64,000 nt of DNA from a virus. Within the stretch, counting starts at the first letter, position 1. Every line of letters begins with the position of its first letter. Shown in pieces: positions 41,301 through 48,930 of this stretch. A program made the position numbers and the translations under genes. The notes under the pieces were generated by a model. That model saw nothing but the letters and a program-made list of their open reading frames with translations, did not search any database and was not told the DNA's origin. Where the stretch lies: the IMG/VR virus record IMGVR_UViG_3300030085_003750, positions 1 through 64,000 of that record. One strand, written 5' to 3'.

Positions 41301-42475
41301 TTGGTAAAACAAAATTAAGTAGACAGCAGTATGATGCAAGTGGAAACCCAGTTTCGATTTCCACCCCTAACAACGAAGAACTCGACACATGGGTTATTTA
41401 TTCTAAATTTGAGTGTCCATTATTTGACTTTTCTGGAGAAGTAAATTCATCTGACGAGGGAACCTTATCTAATATTGGAATTACGTCAACTGCGGTAGAG
41501 AACAAAAAGACAGAAAATTTTGACTATACGACATCTTATCTTGACTCAAGAAACTCAGAAAGTTATAACGTAGACACAAGAACTGGTTCTGGAATCTGGT
41601 CAGGATATGGTCGCCAGCAAGATGGCAGCGGTGTTACAATATCAATTAGAGAGAGTTTTCCTCAAGGTATCTCTGAGACAACTGGTTCTCTCATTGAAGT
41701 TTGCGGTTTTACACCAGAGACGAAACAACTCGGTCGTGTAGCGGATTCAAAGGAAATCTCAGAAGCAGTTGTTATGATTCCATTCGTTGATAGACCAATT
41801 ACTTCTGTAGAAACTAGAGGACCGATTCGAACCATAAATTATGAAACAGTGCAGGTCGATGATAGAAACTTTATTAAAGTTGACGAGCAGGAATATGAAG
41901 AGCAGGTGAGAAAGTTCGTTAGAGGAGAACCAATTTACATCACTGAGAGTGGTGATGAGATTATGCAAACTTCTATAACAAGAATGCTAGAAGGAATGAA
42001 GAAATATAATGTACCACCTTTATATGATTTTAATCAGTATAGCGAAGCGCCTTTTGCAATGTATTTCTTTGAGTTTAAGCACACTTTAGATAGAGAAGAT
42101 TTGTCAAATATTTGGCAGGGACTTCAACCACAGGTTGCTAGAGAGGCATCCCTAGACTCTGTTGAAATTTCACATGAAATTAATGAGCATGAACTGTTTG
42201 GAAACTTAGGAGAGATTCCAAAGGGTGTTCGATGGATGGTCTTTAAGGTCAAGAAGAAAGCAGAAAAAAGTTATTATAAACTTACGGAAGATTCTAGAGA
42301 TGATAGTAGATTTAAGTTTGATTTCGAGGTTGGAACGAAAGAACCTGAATACGGATATAATTATCCATATGACTACTTCACTATGTTGGAGATGATTGAG
42401 GTTGAAACGAACTCCGAAAAAGAGATTCAACCATTAGACCAACTAAATAGAGCACGCACGAGGGACGAAGATTAA
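29387..42475 (+). CDS. Giant (4362 aa) baseplate/receptor-binding protein with a gp7/P2-gpI-like motif, several LamG (concanavalin-like) domains and Reelin-like domains
   Basis: IYKSKGTEKAFRNLIRCFGI (~31037-31096). LamG signatures: TIEFW..WNHFAFT..IDEFRFW; FSISAWV..WHHVVATYDG; FTISAWI..WQQVAVTFDG; ITISAW..WDEFAIF. Reelin-like: LQY....TWT..RLRW...DHWGID. Confidence 0.75.
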   Translation: MSTKDLFNKGNKVLTKSQEEKIKKDLESPELARDVVRANNKFHSHIDFSKPENFSFYGSAQKYYEDSFNRIYQTYPYDGSHSEKEKWFQDSSELDLWILDNAYPKSTGYVRLGTEQSIFVKGGPNKQPGIIEGEKEELSKQFPIKQGNSNIWDTSIYRNSNLYLDAEIGNTIEFWAKMDNPDITVFPFVIGNIDSTRISFKHNNGLIEIDYTDDSGSGFSTIDAIGATFMESTWNHFAFTFINDGANAKIEIYKNGTLLRTLKGGSALSSISQEELYLNINGTMTAVNGTRSNTVDGLYIDEFRFWKRRRAEEEIARFWHTHVHGGTNTDEKKYNLENRKVDLGVYYKFNEGITGNTNIDSTVLDYSGRISNGEITNYDKTVRNTGSSFDESGFFNVLEDKEPIIYSAHPDFVSVKQSYMDEGLNYDYTNNSSIYHTMPAWIIEEDEEKGENVKELSQVISSYFDSAQIKIKELVSLKDVEYHTLEERTNKPYSLIRKTLESAGMVVPDLFTEASAFEEILSRGEQEKFEEKLQDIKNTIYQNIYNNLSYIYKSKGTEKAFRNLIRCFGIDDELVKINLYSDGADYTLEDTRRTTAIKKKFVDFNDADRQDGLIYTKEDPSNTNSTSYIRGVPGGMSPNLSFTFQTELIFPKRVSTDHPQYDPPTNLEEHIAYLGRYLGTYTSNSIFDLKAVKENSDPLSENVKFVLTFNGQTLETDYFKSVYENSKWNLAVRLVPKKRLSSVVSGGSTTDFTAELYCVRMLADVIEDEEWVVGTVLEADARDILSSDKFVSVGALHSSGNPEVESLDKDTRIKISSTLFWYDDVSNEEIRAHASDASNFGRLHPNEEAYMFDEEFNTDTSSAIQVPRRDTLVMHWDFSEVSTTDISGEFIVDDLSQSLEIQTETTSSVATNQNSIVFDGSDDHIIVSDQDEFSPTDGVNDTPFSISAWVYVEDVATANGPFVTKSNNSGSQKNEYIFKQQNGEIQFFLYDSDLNAQGNAIRAQATVVSLSNATWHHVVATYDGSADASGIKLYTDGALTASANTEAGTYVRLRNTVTPLTFGATTELGNNNRIFEDRLADICIFDKELSAAEVTEIFNGNSVKNMDEFSDTASIISWWKMGDHLDNLSTDGIKDYVGGFHGTLQNGAAIAVEPGLSSDTETSVVSSLIPINKNSIAFDGTAASIADTDIVISSDDNAFTFSDSTDVSNGTVHKPFTISAWINPSSLADRGAIITKFSSMSVGDPTKRDTEFVFWHRDNGELQFILYDCSAHSTVNNITITSNTSVLTASQWQQVAVTFDGNPDLASTSLGMKLYVDGQEVPSTQVKAGTYQIVRNTESPVTIGAAHYDHTNVPDAFLTLFEGNIADTAVYSKELNSFEIQEIYNGGKVKDLNDSSTYDNIISWWKMGDDIDSATPNGIRDYVGGFHGTMHGQCSIQPVFGLESDSTNSLLSNSRFGWFTDLVGREITGRGKYFTADDKQVVNREYIYSAKHRTPEVINSEDLVEIRTQDDLTFTKDAQVVTHFFAAEKSMYQVISDDMINLFATIVEFNDLIGQPVNRYRLQYKALEKFRARYFEKVNNVPSLEKYIELYKWIDSSIGLMLQELIPVSSNFSADLRNMVESHVLERNKYWTKFPTLEMAGEPPLGIVKGINELTYNWKDGHPDYQISEATVEFFNDSASDYDNRSWMITDSAGFISLVAFDDDNVFPTGHVVLSNPTQIMVQAQIFGLTTKEQIAEQFALAFSSIPNLSATLSDSTVIITGSTPLHAGGVPFISFSSSASKTSFTEVESSLWYDQRVQGTDALVTTGDTDVDENREILRRVSTRKTGANTQVTKRGSDFVEEDRPILRESPAGLGIPGAVYSGQAYVIRALAKPYKLNLDIAPTIHGGANYSPTTKDPNSFVRASTKVSNSSGIAVTFGTNPVIYQGFSYDDQSVKRTINIVVEDSTVDFGADGDFIYPYYETEADPTPEITNLQNDSYGEDAEIPVQGPFTETWVGGNQHRHIHYATQTDRPELFVDDSGTLKHPFELGQPAARYTRDELAKRPVNVENIKNKNVTEEDLDAGTETKVYGNYTRDYEIVQTSGRSKNNRWFIKNEGVADVLTVAPIDGAQDFALPDRTTDINGDVFGKSKHVIVERFSAPGDPLTLSRGYLDRVAEEFSVYNSMNFRNLDERDEHREDLTAHSAIYEGSQGYVPDTNGLPNIHKVNRNTIHTPTGKNHDNAYISHQIPRSDFQYNVEMISDEAFTIPDFSTTGAALPAGSVEDPIPGAAYNFIVEEYADPIRGKFTISFDAEEITSVVGENLYFQYKLDSTWTTLRVFAFGTTLHQEEVDLGQNFHNPIYIRWIARKRITGGDGRWNVSNISVNPTSFQNYLDEIEIVNGINDYADYQGAGYRFIRNSENSQIISQRKANIYTQLNRTAKIGLEDRSVSTFVEPAVVWNKPNTHYILNEEYDEKVRNAEAGSLININIDKGSLPITYSYSNNLEMFSNEELTTAVDIDKTSGAEFSNTLMNIFRKAELLFSRSIARQIVFPKHKNVGLKKTRVRSKFDTYKFFWKDSMFDRIKCSNTTKLGYEMTPEFKRLFRQKFSVDVMDNFHLVQSGSLSGPHEEEFYKVIGDLTYMGEERMRHMITKKGASPLHTSSSVSFEGLEEICEEETPVTGIVPNYSSVDLEAQKTAPIPSPQLYHNPYNEDYRESEGWINRKVISKKTPNYNDYDSYSEEIKLAAQNYGLVSEFRISEHMDKYILENGGNFRAKNYDFLTLDGASYDGEFHTLSSGTSTKETTSFYSLRKEDESLKITSYPTTHSEETLIKNNANGYLNFNPIASLSNSTFALENSVNSYFEINQSNQTNYISLVPHQDGINASGKFNLFDSDEDYLVIDVDNVQSRLGGVNLYDSDLLYMRETASRLPTPITISAWVQPEDKQDAPADPSTYSNGLFCFGGTGGVDSANLFSTFRYASGESAQSPEDYRNLGLTFTISTDGTNNLPGGTLDSSSTTYTFFKKNGTIAFLEQGKMNSVIFQLIPPEDESNSASGYQNNFLIKLWLNGEELYGVHIRELDNANYSTRVSNAAAIHGYSPCPIGSWQHAGNYPWTTDADTSFDSSQQLRGEQSSPAAGIQRLDKFVLGNCHYINSERNLAGTKDFKFRGLWDEFAIFRGILPRASISAIYNDGLPNNINELVANGQIIGNCLYDTTVSVPIFINGQFISGPPILASSDSGEFDVLGGSSATSVWSFDTPSWDGTLPTGWLNNESDEVANDGPVVISHHNNGNQILALKGNYDEQADVEDPPHGGGTYRWRWVERNTDFTGTVVVTFQAYEGQGDPNEYNLDAPEPGNNEDLFLQYERNNSGTWTTVVQLEAGFGYDLSQTIVGKIENTAGDSIRLRWIARVGSGASPVQDHWGIDTVNFYEYANDHHAIPVLGGDTLPIFPQTFTNNYSISEQLEISATLPVWHRIGVPSYDVSTRDGAWDEEFFNSYVHTDDLNFIEKADKKHDELGVETTERVRLKVNAIKKLLPYEGFYPQDRTVQLANLFVEKVTPDITYDKNVYKEQAVQAALQHFFAPGILYNSIKAGVACDWASYTNENGLEPAHFGQPILAYSASTEAPYTMYSSRVAPSWYSDVSEYTGEYSLLSDKPNSIEDATYWDATDTFVEHSETFNYDYNTNIDNNTYDISGSILLAITSSIDGMAITNEPNVRLPFESLLNPYAYLKNEEKRYKFDGTLWAEGDTEDYIIGKPNQYFLVQPSYLKNFVTLSRPGVGSGPRDEESGDYKKYNFPYFEINNSTQNRDYRYELAMNNFLAQATRFFIKDESLSSFASTTPQSDGYHMESGKTYYMDVVLSKSDSFKNTYTGGRSYGPPHKWIDESYYDTVEAVEDPSYAPYTPAYFYGESTARISFTPSTTKKYTLDDIFDGSTVEDVSPFVDEYFRSSALSRTHKGFFTGNIEAPDDGGFKNSSAYNSKMHLSASIELFGKTKLSRQQYDASGNPVSISTPNNEELDTWVIYSKFECPLFDFSGEVNSSDEGTLSNIGITSTAVENKKTENFDYTTSYLDSRNSESYNVDTRTGSGIWSGYGRQQDGSGVTISIRESFPQGISETTGSLIEVCGFTPETKQLGRVADSKEISEAVVMIPFVDRPITSVETRGPIRTINYETVQVDDRNFIKVDEQEYEEQVRKFVRGEPIYITESGDEIMQTSITRMLEGMKKYNVPPLYDFNQYSEAPFAMYFFEFKHTLDREDLSNIWQGLQPQVAREASLDSVEISHEINEHELFGNLGEIPKGVRWMVFKVKKKAEKSYYKLTEDSRDDSRFKFDFEVGTKEPEYGYNYPYDYFTMLEMIEVETNSEKEIQPLDQLNRARTRDED
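32115..33720 (+). repeat. Tandem duplicated LamG domains within the giant gene
   Basis: NSIVFDG...IISWWKMGDHLD...GIKDYVGGFHGT vs NSIAFDG...IISWWKMGDDID...GIRDYVGGFHGT; DNA gattatgttggcgggtttca occurs at ~32789 and ~33647. Confidence 0.8.
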
Positions 42476-43503
42476 TGACTTTTAAAAATCAAAAAGAAGA
42501 AGTTATTGAAATAGAGTTAACTTCCTACGGTAAACACCTTTTATCAAAAGGAAAGTTTCGTCCAACCTTCTATGCTTTCTTTGACGATGATGTTCTTTAC
42601 GATGCAGAATATGCTGGAACAGCAGAAGAGCAGAACTATGCTCAAACGAGAGTTCTAGAAGAGACGCCGAGATTAAGGGTGCAAACAACTTTTACAGGTC
42701 TTGAGACAGAGATTGAAAGACAGATAGAGCAAGCGAGGACACAAGAGAAAAAGTTGAAAGATTCATTTCAGTCAACAAAGGAAAGGCACTACGCTCTTTC
42801 CGCACCTCTTGGCAGGAGTACAGTGACTTCTGACTTTGCGCCTTCTTGGGATGTGACTCTACACGGAGCAAACTTTCAACAACAACTTATTGTCAGTACA
42901 CTCACTGGAAGTTCTGAAAAAGAAATTGTTTTGCCTATCCCTCAAATGAATTTGGAATCTTTAGACTATAAGGTAAAGGTTATTTCTGAAGAAGACAATG
43001 GAGATAATCCTTTTGGACATCCACAAACAGCAACTACAAACGGTATTACTCAGGAAGAATTTTTCGATAATGGTAATGCAATCTTGATAACTCATAAGGA
43101 TATTGTTATTGAAGTAGATGAGATGCACACAGATTCCTTATCGGAGAATTATGACATAGAAATTTTTATTGTTGAGGAGAACGAAACAACAGACGAAGAA
43201 ATTCTTGTACCGCTATCTTTTATTAGAGAATCTGAGGGTAATGTTGTAAACGGTTTTTACGTAGAAAGAAGTTCAGATGCTCTTGAACTCGAAATGGATG
43301 AATCTTATGTTGAAAATTATTTAAACATTATGGTTGACAAAGAAATTGATATAGATGATTTGTGTCGTCTTGGTTATAGAACAGATTATAGTAAGCGAGG
43401 TCATATTCCAGTTGATTGCGGTAAGACACCAGGAGATAGTGAAATGCCAAAGATTTACGAAAATATCGACTCAGGTATTGCACCATTTGGAGATGATTGC
43501 TGA
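42475..43503 (+). CDS. Tail/baseplate protein, paralog of 48931..49908
   Basis: N-terminal IELTSYGKHLLSKG..F.PTFYAFFDDDVLY...TPRL. Confidence 0.6.
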   Translation: MTFKNQKEEVIEIELTSYGKHLLSKGKFRPTFYAFFDDDVLYDAEYAGTAEEQNYAQTRVLEETPRLRVQTTFTGLETEIERQIEQARTQEKKLKDSFQSTKERHYALSAPLGRSTVTSDFAPSWDVTLHGANFQQQLIVSTLTGSSEKEIVLPIPQMNLESLDYKVKVISEEDNGDNPFGHPQTATTNGITQEEFFDNGNAILITHKDIVIEVDEMHTDSLSENYDIEIFIVEENETTDEEILVPLSFIRESEGNVVNGFYVERSSDALELEMDESYVENYLNIMVDKEIDIDDLCRLGYRTDYSKRGHIPVDCGKTPGDSEMPKIYENIDSGIAPFGDDC

Positions 43504-46500
43504 TGGCGTTAACAGAAAAACAAATTCTAGAATCTCTTATACCAGAAGCAGAGGTTGAAAGCATAACCTTTGAAACGAACAAGAGTGGCGACGAAGAAGG
43601 AATTTTTGTTAGAATTGTATATTCTATTTCGGATGTCGTTGAACAGGATGTCATTGGTCAATGGTTTGACCAACAGGAATATGAAAAATACTTTTTACTA
43701 ACAACTCTGATGAAAGTAGATAATAATATTCCTATTATGTCAATAGAAAAATCAGCACTTTCGAATTCTACTGCGGGACAATTACTGGAAAGTACAGATG
43801 ATTCTAGAATTAAAAAATTTACTTTCGAAAAGACTTACCTTTTAAGTGAGCAACCAAAAGACTTGAAGTTCACAATTGAGACTAAATTTGATATTCGTCA
43901 AATGGAGACAGATTTTGGCATCGACCTTTTTGATTTGACTAAGATAAGTCTCATTAAGAGAAAAGAAATTGACATCTATAAAAATGAACAACTTCAATAT
44001 CCAATTCAAGACTTTAGATTAAGAGAAGAAATAAAAAAGTTTGAACTGTCAGAAGAACGTATTCAGACTTTTGAGTTTCTTAAAAGAGAAGTTACCAGCA
44101 AAGCAGAACTGAGTAGGCAAAGTGCAAAGGATTTCTTTTCAGACTTTTGGTTGACAAGAAATGCACAAGGCGAAGCAAAGTTTGTTTTTATATTTGATGC
44201 TGCTTCATTTTTCTTGAAGAAGAGCAGGTATAGAGAAATTTTTGAAAGACTTAATGCTCTGGAAAGATACGAAATTATTAGAAGAGTTCAGATTCCTTCT
44301 CTTAAAATTTTGAGAAAAAGAGTCAGAGTGGTACAAGATAAGAATGGTCGTAGCGTTATTGATTTTAAGGATGAGTACTCGTTAAAAGAAATTGTAGAAA
44401 CCAGAAAGGTTGCGAACCGTGGTGGATTTGATAAGGTGGTAACTGACGACGGTTCAATTATGCAAATAAATATAACTGGCGTGAGCGCAAATGCCTTAGA
44501 GGACAATAATCTTTTATTTGTGACAGGAACGGACTATGACATAGCAGGTGTAACCGACGGCGTTTATTCGTATGGAGTATCAATCGAGGTTCTTGACACC
44601 ACTCGACAAATTCTACTTGACAAATTGAAGGTCTTGAAAGATAGAATAAACTTGGTAGAAAATATTTTAAGTTCATCTCTTTTGCCAAAGTTTTATGATG
44701 CACAAACCGACATGTATAAAATGCCTTTGGACGAAATCGTTGCTGACGAGAATAAGATAAATAAGTTTAGGTCAACAAAGAGCAGGGTAAGAAATGTCTA
44801 CAGAGTTTTTATTGGTGGAAACAAATCTTCTAATAATTTAAGGGTTGACAATTTTTTTAGAATGGATATGATAAAGTCTCCCAAGGAGTTGGAATTAATT
44901 ATTGATGTTATGAAAAGTTTACTCAATAATGCTGCTTCAATCATTGGTGAATCAAATGATTATTTCACAGGTAAAAAAGATGCATCAGCATCGGACTTGA
45001 GAATCATAGAAGAGAAATTCTATTCAGAACCTAATAATATATTTGATTCTAACATTCCAAAAATGGAGGGTATGGAATATCTTTCTAATTTTGGAACAGA
45101 TAATCCAGATGCTGCAATGAGAGAAATAATGTCTCTCGCAAAAGACAACGGCGACGTTGGATTGAGGGTCATCGACGGCGGCGAGTATGAGAGTAGAGTC
45201 TCTGACGAAATAAGTAGATTCTTTGACCCAGGTACAACACAGGTAACTGTGCCCATGTTAAATACGCAGACAACAGGAACAAACGCTATCTCCTTGACTG
45301 GAACAGGTTCAGAGTTTTTTACTGTTTCCGCAGTCACGAGTCCAATCACTCAACCTTCAATTTTTTCAGGAAGAAGAGATGTGAGTGTAAGCAATGTAAT
45401 TGTTCAAGAAGATATCATTAGAAACATGGAAAGATACATTCCAGGTGTTCCAATTTACGCTTCAATTGACGAGAGCAAGGGAGCAGCGTATTTAGCAAGA
45501 AGTGGTGCAAATTTTGGTGACTCTTCAAAACAAGAAACACTTATAGACGAAGATTCAGGTAGAAGTTTTTCAACCTCTAGAACACGTCGCTTACCAGATA
45601 GAATTATCGAAAGACTCGAACAAGAGACAAGAAGAAGAGATTCAGAAGATTATGTAGCACGAAAAGCGTTTGAAGATTTTATCTTCAGTAAAGTATCCAA
45701 AGAGGTTAAAAGGTCTATAGGAGCACCAAGAATTGCTTCAGCAGCAAACTTACCATCAGGCGCACCTGGTTCTGTTTTTGAAGGCATGACGACTGTCAAG
45801 AAAAGGGAAACCATTGAAGGCGCACCGAATCAGGTTGTTGCTTATTCACTATTACCTCAAGAAGAAGTAAATGAATCATCATTTGTTGTAAGTTCAGAAT
45901 TTCTTACTAAAATTTCTTATTTATCAGGATTTGAGCAGGACGGTTCGAAAGAGAATGTTCGTCTTCCAAAGTGGGAAAGTCTCACTTTGGATGCCTATAG
46001 AAATAATTCCAACAAGAATTTACTTTGTAAAATAAACCCCTATCATGCACAGAAACTAGGTATAATAGCAACGCAATCAAAGACTCCAATTTATGACGCT
46101 TTCTTTATAGTAAAACCAGTAGGTACTTTTGTCTATGAGTATGAAGAGCAGCAACGCACTACTTCGGATTTACTCACTGCTGGCATGGAATTGGTACGTG
46201 AGACGGTTGAGATAGAAAATCAAATAAGTGATGTTAGGGAGCAGATAGAGCACCAAAGAGCACTTATTGACGCACAGCAAATGAGAGCAGATGAATTATC
46301 AGAAGAAATGGCAGAATTAAATGCTCGACTGAACCATCTTAGGGAAAACGAAGTACGGAGTTCTTTTGGTATCTTCGGAGCATCGGACGATTTTAGTGGC
46401 ATATATGATACTTTGGACACTTTGATGTCCGAATACTTAGGTATAACAGAGGTGACTATACCGAGAATAAGGGAAAGAATAGAATCATTCGAAGATTTTA

Positions 46501-46535
46501 TTACAGAACTCCAAGAGAGACTAAATAATTTATAA
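43503..46535 (+). CDS. Large hypothetical virion protein with C-terminal coiled coil
   Basis: TGATG coupling puts the start at 43503; lies in the baseplate block. Confidence 0.6.
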   Translation: MALTEKQILESLIPEAEVESITFETNKSGDEEGIFVRIVYSISDVVEQDVIGQWFDQQEYEKYFLLTTLMKVDNNIPIMSIEKSALSNSTAGQLLESTDDSRIKKFTFEKTYLLSEQPKDLKFTIETKFDIRQMETDFGIDLFDLTKISLIKRKEIDIYKNEQLQYPIQDFRLREEIKKFELSEERIQTFEFLKREVTSKAELSRQSAKDFFSDFWLTRNAQGEAKFVFIFDAASFFLKKSRYREIFERLNALERYEIIRRVQIPSLKILRKRVRVVQDKNGRSVIDFKDEYSLKEIVETRKVANRGGFDKVVTDDGSIMQINITGVSANALEDNNLLFVTGTDYDIAGVTDGVYSYGVSIEVLDTTRQILLDKLKVLKDRINLVENILSSSLLPKFYDAQTDMYKMPLDEIVADENKINKFRSTKSRVRNVYRVFIGGNKSSNNLRVDNFFRMDMIKSPKELELIIDVMKSLLNNAASIIGESNDYFTGKKDASASDLRIIEEKFYSEPNNIFDSNIPKMEGMEYLSNFGTDNPDAAMREIMSLAKDNGDVGLRVIDGGEYESRVSDEISRFFDPGTTQVTVPMLNTQTTGTNAISLTGTGSEFFTVSAVTSPITQPSIFSGRRDVSVSNVIVQEDIIRNMERYIPGVPIYASIDESKGAAYLARSGANFGDSSKQETLIDEDSGRSFSTSRTRRLPDRIIERLEQETRRRDSEDYVARKAFEDFIFSKVSKEVKRSIGAPRIASAANLPSGAPGSVFEGMTTVKKRETIEGAPNQVVAYSLLPQEEVNESSFVVSSEFLTKISYLSGFEQDGSKENVRLPKWESLTLDAYRNNSNKNLLCKINPYHAQKLGIIATQSKTPIYDAFFIVKPVGTFVYEYEEQQRTTSDLLTAGMELVRETVEIENQISDVREQIEHQRALIDAQQMRADELSEEMAELNARLNHLRENEVRSSFGIFGASDDFSGIYDTLDTLMSEYLGITEVTIPRIRERIESFEDFITELQERLNNL

Positions 46536-46552
46536 GATAAAGAGAGTTTATA

Positions 46553-48868
46553 ATGTCTGGAAATAAAGCAAATGAAAGCAAAAAAGTTGGAGATGAATTA
46601 TTCATCGTCGAGTCTAATCTTGCTTCCGTAGAGGAAGAGAGGATGAACTACATATTTCATTCAAGCACAGAGATAGACGACATTATTAGAAAAAAGTTTG
46701 GCGCTTTCTGGGTTAAACCCCCTGTTGGTAAGCAAGCATTTATGAGAACTAAGTCTCCGAACACTCCGATTAAAAGAGTTAGAGTGATAAGCGAAGAGAC
46801 ATTTCCAGAGTCTGGAATCACACATCAAGAGATGGAACTGACTTTTGACAATCTTTTCACTGCTGCACAAAACTATGAGCAAATAAGAGATTTTCTTCGA
46901 GAAGACAGAGAATATTATGACCATGCAACAACGATAAATATTTACGAAGAAGGAAACAACCTTGCTGAACAAGCGGCAGGAATCTTAAACCTTTATGCAG
47001 AGGTAAAGTCAGATTATAACTTTTTGGAAAGAACTTATGAAGAGTTCTTATCATCTGAAAGCGAGAGTATAAGAGAATTAGATTTACCTAATTTTTATAA
47101 CTTCTTAATGAGGGACAGTGGGGATATATCTGAAAAAATAGACAGGTCTGTCATTTTGACCCAAGGCGGTAGAATTAAACTGGGAGACCCTAACAAACTT
47201 GTGGGTGACGTAGTAAAACCAGTTAGTGATTACTTTTCAAAATGGGCAAATAACTTTTTAGAATATAAGAACGACACGTCTGCTTTTATGAAAAGTTACA
47301 AGATGCATAAAGTCTTTTTTACAAATAAAGAAACCGCAAGGTTAGAAGAACTTTATAGATATAAAGAAATATTCCCAATGATGAACACGATTGAATTTAA
47401 CATTGAGAATGATGCTAGACTTGGAACTACACTTGAAGAGACAAACTTTTCTTCTCAACTTAGAGGAATGATGACACCCTCTGCTGCAATCAATTTTAAC
47501 ACAGCGGAAGTTAGAAGTAATATGTCCGAGCGTTTAGTCTCTGATGATGGAGAGCAAAAGTTTGAGGAAGGAGCAATAACATCGACTGCTAGTAGACAAA
47601 CCAGGGTTCTTTACGATGTAGACACTTTCTTTGATAACTACGAACCTTTTCAGAGCGAAGAATTATTTTTAAATGATGACATTCTTGATGGTTCTAGTTA
47701 TCGTGCATTCTATAACCTGATGTCGATTATCACGAGGGGAAGAATCGAAAAGATAAAGAAGGAAGTCTTCAGAGATTATAAAGAATTGCTAGAAGGAAAG
47801 ACTGCTTACAGTGAACCAGTTTTCTACAAGGTAAGCAAGTTCGACGAAGAGAATAATTTGCTACAAACTTTTAATTTTACAAACACGGACAAGTTAGAGG
47901 TTATTAAGTTTGTCGATACTCAGGTTAAATTTGATAAAAGGTATCGTTATGAAATAACCTCTGCAAACCTTGTTATCGGTACAAAGTATCGCTTTGATTT
48001 TATACAACTCGGTCGTGACTCTCGTGGTCGTCCAACAAAAATAAAATTTAAATCAACATCAGAACCATCAGTAAAAATTATTGAAGTTCCTGTTTTTGAA
48101 AAGTCAGTAATCATTCACGATAATCCTCCGATTGCACCCGAGATAACTCCAATATTTTTCAGAGGTGTAAATAATAAAGTTAACTTCTTTTTCAACTCGG
48201 CAGTCGGTCGATATAAAGCGGAACCTGTTTTGTTTAGAGCAGGAGAGGAAGCACTGATAAACAAATATAAAATAGCACAAGATATTTCCGAGGAAGAAAA
48301 GGAGATAATGTTCGAAACCGACGATAGTGTGAATAGGTTTACATTATACAAGATGAGCAGCAAACCTACCTCTTATCAAGATTTTGAAAACAAGGGAGAG
48401 AGTGTTGAGATAAATACGGAAAAGGCATCTTCTGCTTCTTACCTAGACACCATATCTCCAAATAAGAAATATTACTATTGTTTAAGGTCGAGAGACTATC
48501 ACAACAACCTTTCTTATCCAAGCGTTATCTACGAGATAGAAGTGGTGGACGATGCGGGTTCCATTTATCCTATTAGTAGAATATGTGAGTTTGATAAACC
48601 AGTAACTAAGCAGAGTAAGAAAGGCGTGAAAAGATTTATTCACATCAAACCATCATTTAGAAATCTGCTCTCGAATCAAGAGGAAATGGGAACAGAAGAT
48701 TCAGATGGTCCAGAGTTGGGACAGCAGGTTGTCCTTGGAGAAGGAAGAGATATTACTTGGGGAAAGCGATTTAAATTAAGATTGACTTCCAAGTCAACGG
48801 GAAAGAAAATTGACTTTAATTTTACTTTCAACACAAAACAGGATAGAGAAGTTTCAGAACAAACATAA
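46553..48868 (+). CDS. Hypothetical virion protein with FN3-like segments
   Basis: FVDTQVKFDKRYRYEI and YLDTISPNKKYYYCLRS resemble fibronectin-III strands. Confidence 0.55.
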   Translation: MSGNKANESKKVGDELFIVESNLASVEEERMNYIFHSSTEIDDIIRKKFGAFWVKPPVGKQAFMRTKSPNTPIKRVRVISEETFPESGITHQEMELTFDNLFTAAQNYEQIRDFLREDREYYDHATTINIYEEGNNLAEQAAGILNLYAEVKSDYNFLERTYEEFLSSESESIRELDLPNFYNFLMRDSGDISEKIDRSVILTQGGRIKLGDPNKLVGDVVKPVSDYFSKWANNFLEYKNDTSAFMKSYKMHKVFFTNKETARLEELYRYKEIFPMMNTIEFNIENDARLGTTLEETNFSSQLRGMMTPSAAINFNTAEVRSNMSERLVSDDGEQKFEEGAITSTASRQTRVLYDVDTFFDNYEPFQSEELFLNDDILDGSSYRAFYNLMSIITRGRIEKIKKEVFRDYKELLEGKTAYSEPVFYKVSKFDEENNLLQTFNFTNTDKLEVIKFVDTQVKFDKRYRYEITSANLVIGTKYRFDFIQLGRDSRGRPTKIKFKSTSEPSVKIIEVPVFEKSVIIHDNPPIAPEITPIFFRGVNNKVNFFFNSAVGRYKAEPVLFRAGEEALINKYKIAQDISEEEKEIMFETDDSVNRFTLYKMSSKPTSYQDFENKGESVEINTEKASSASYLDTISPNKKYYYCLRSRDYHNNLSYPSVIYEIEVVDDAGSIYPISRICEFDKPVTKQSKKGVKRFIHIKPSFRNLLSNQEEMGTEDSDGPELGQQVVLGEGRDITWGKRFKLRLTSKSTGKKIDFNFTFNTKQDREVSEQT

Positions 48869-48902
48869 TTATTTACGAATCAAGCATTATTTATATAATA
48901 AA

Positions 48903-48909
48903 CTAATTA
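48903..48909 (+). promoter_or_regulatory. Putative late-promoter motif CTAATTA
   Basis: Intergenic, before the GGAGGA RBS; TTATTTA variants also at 48869 and 48887. Confidence 0.55.
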
Positions 48910-48930
48910 TAATGCGGAGGATAGAACAAA

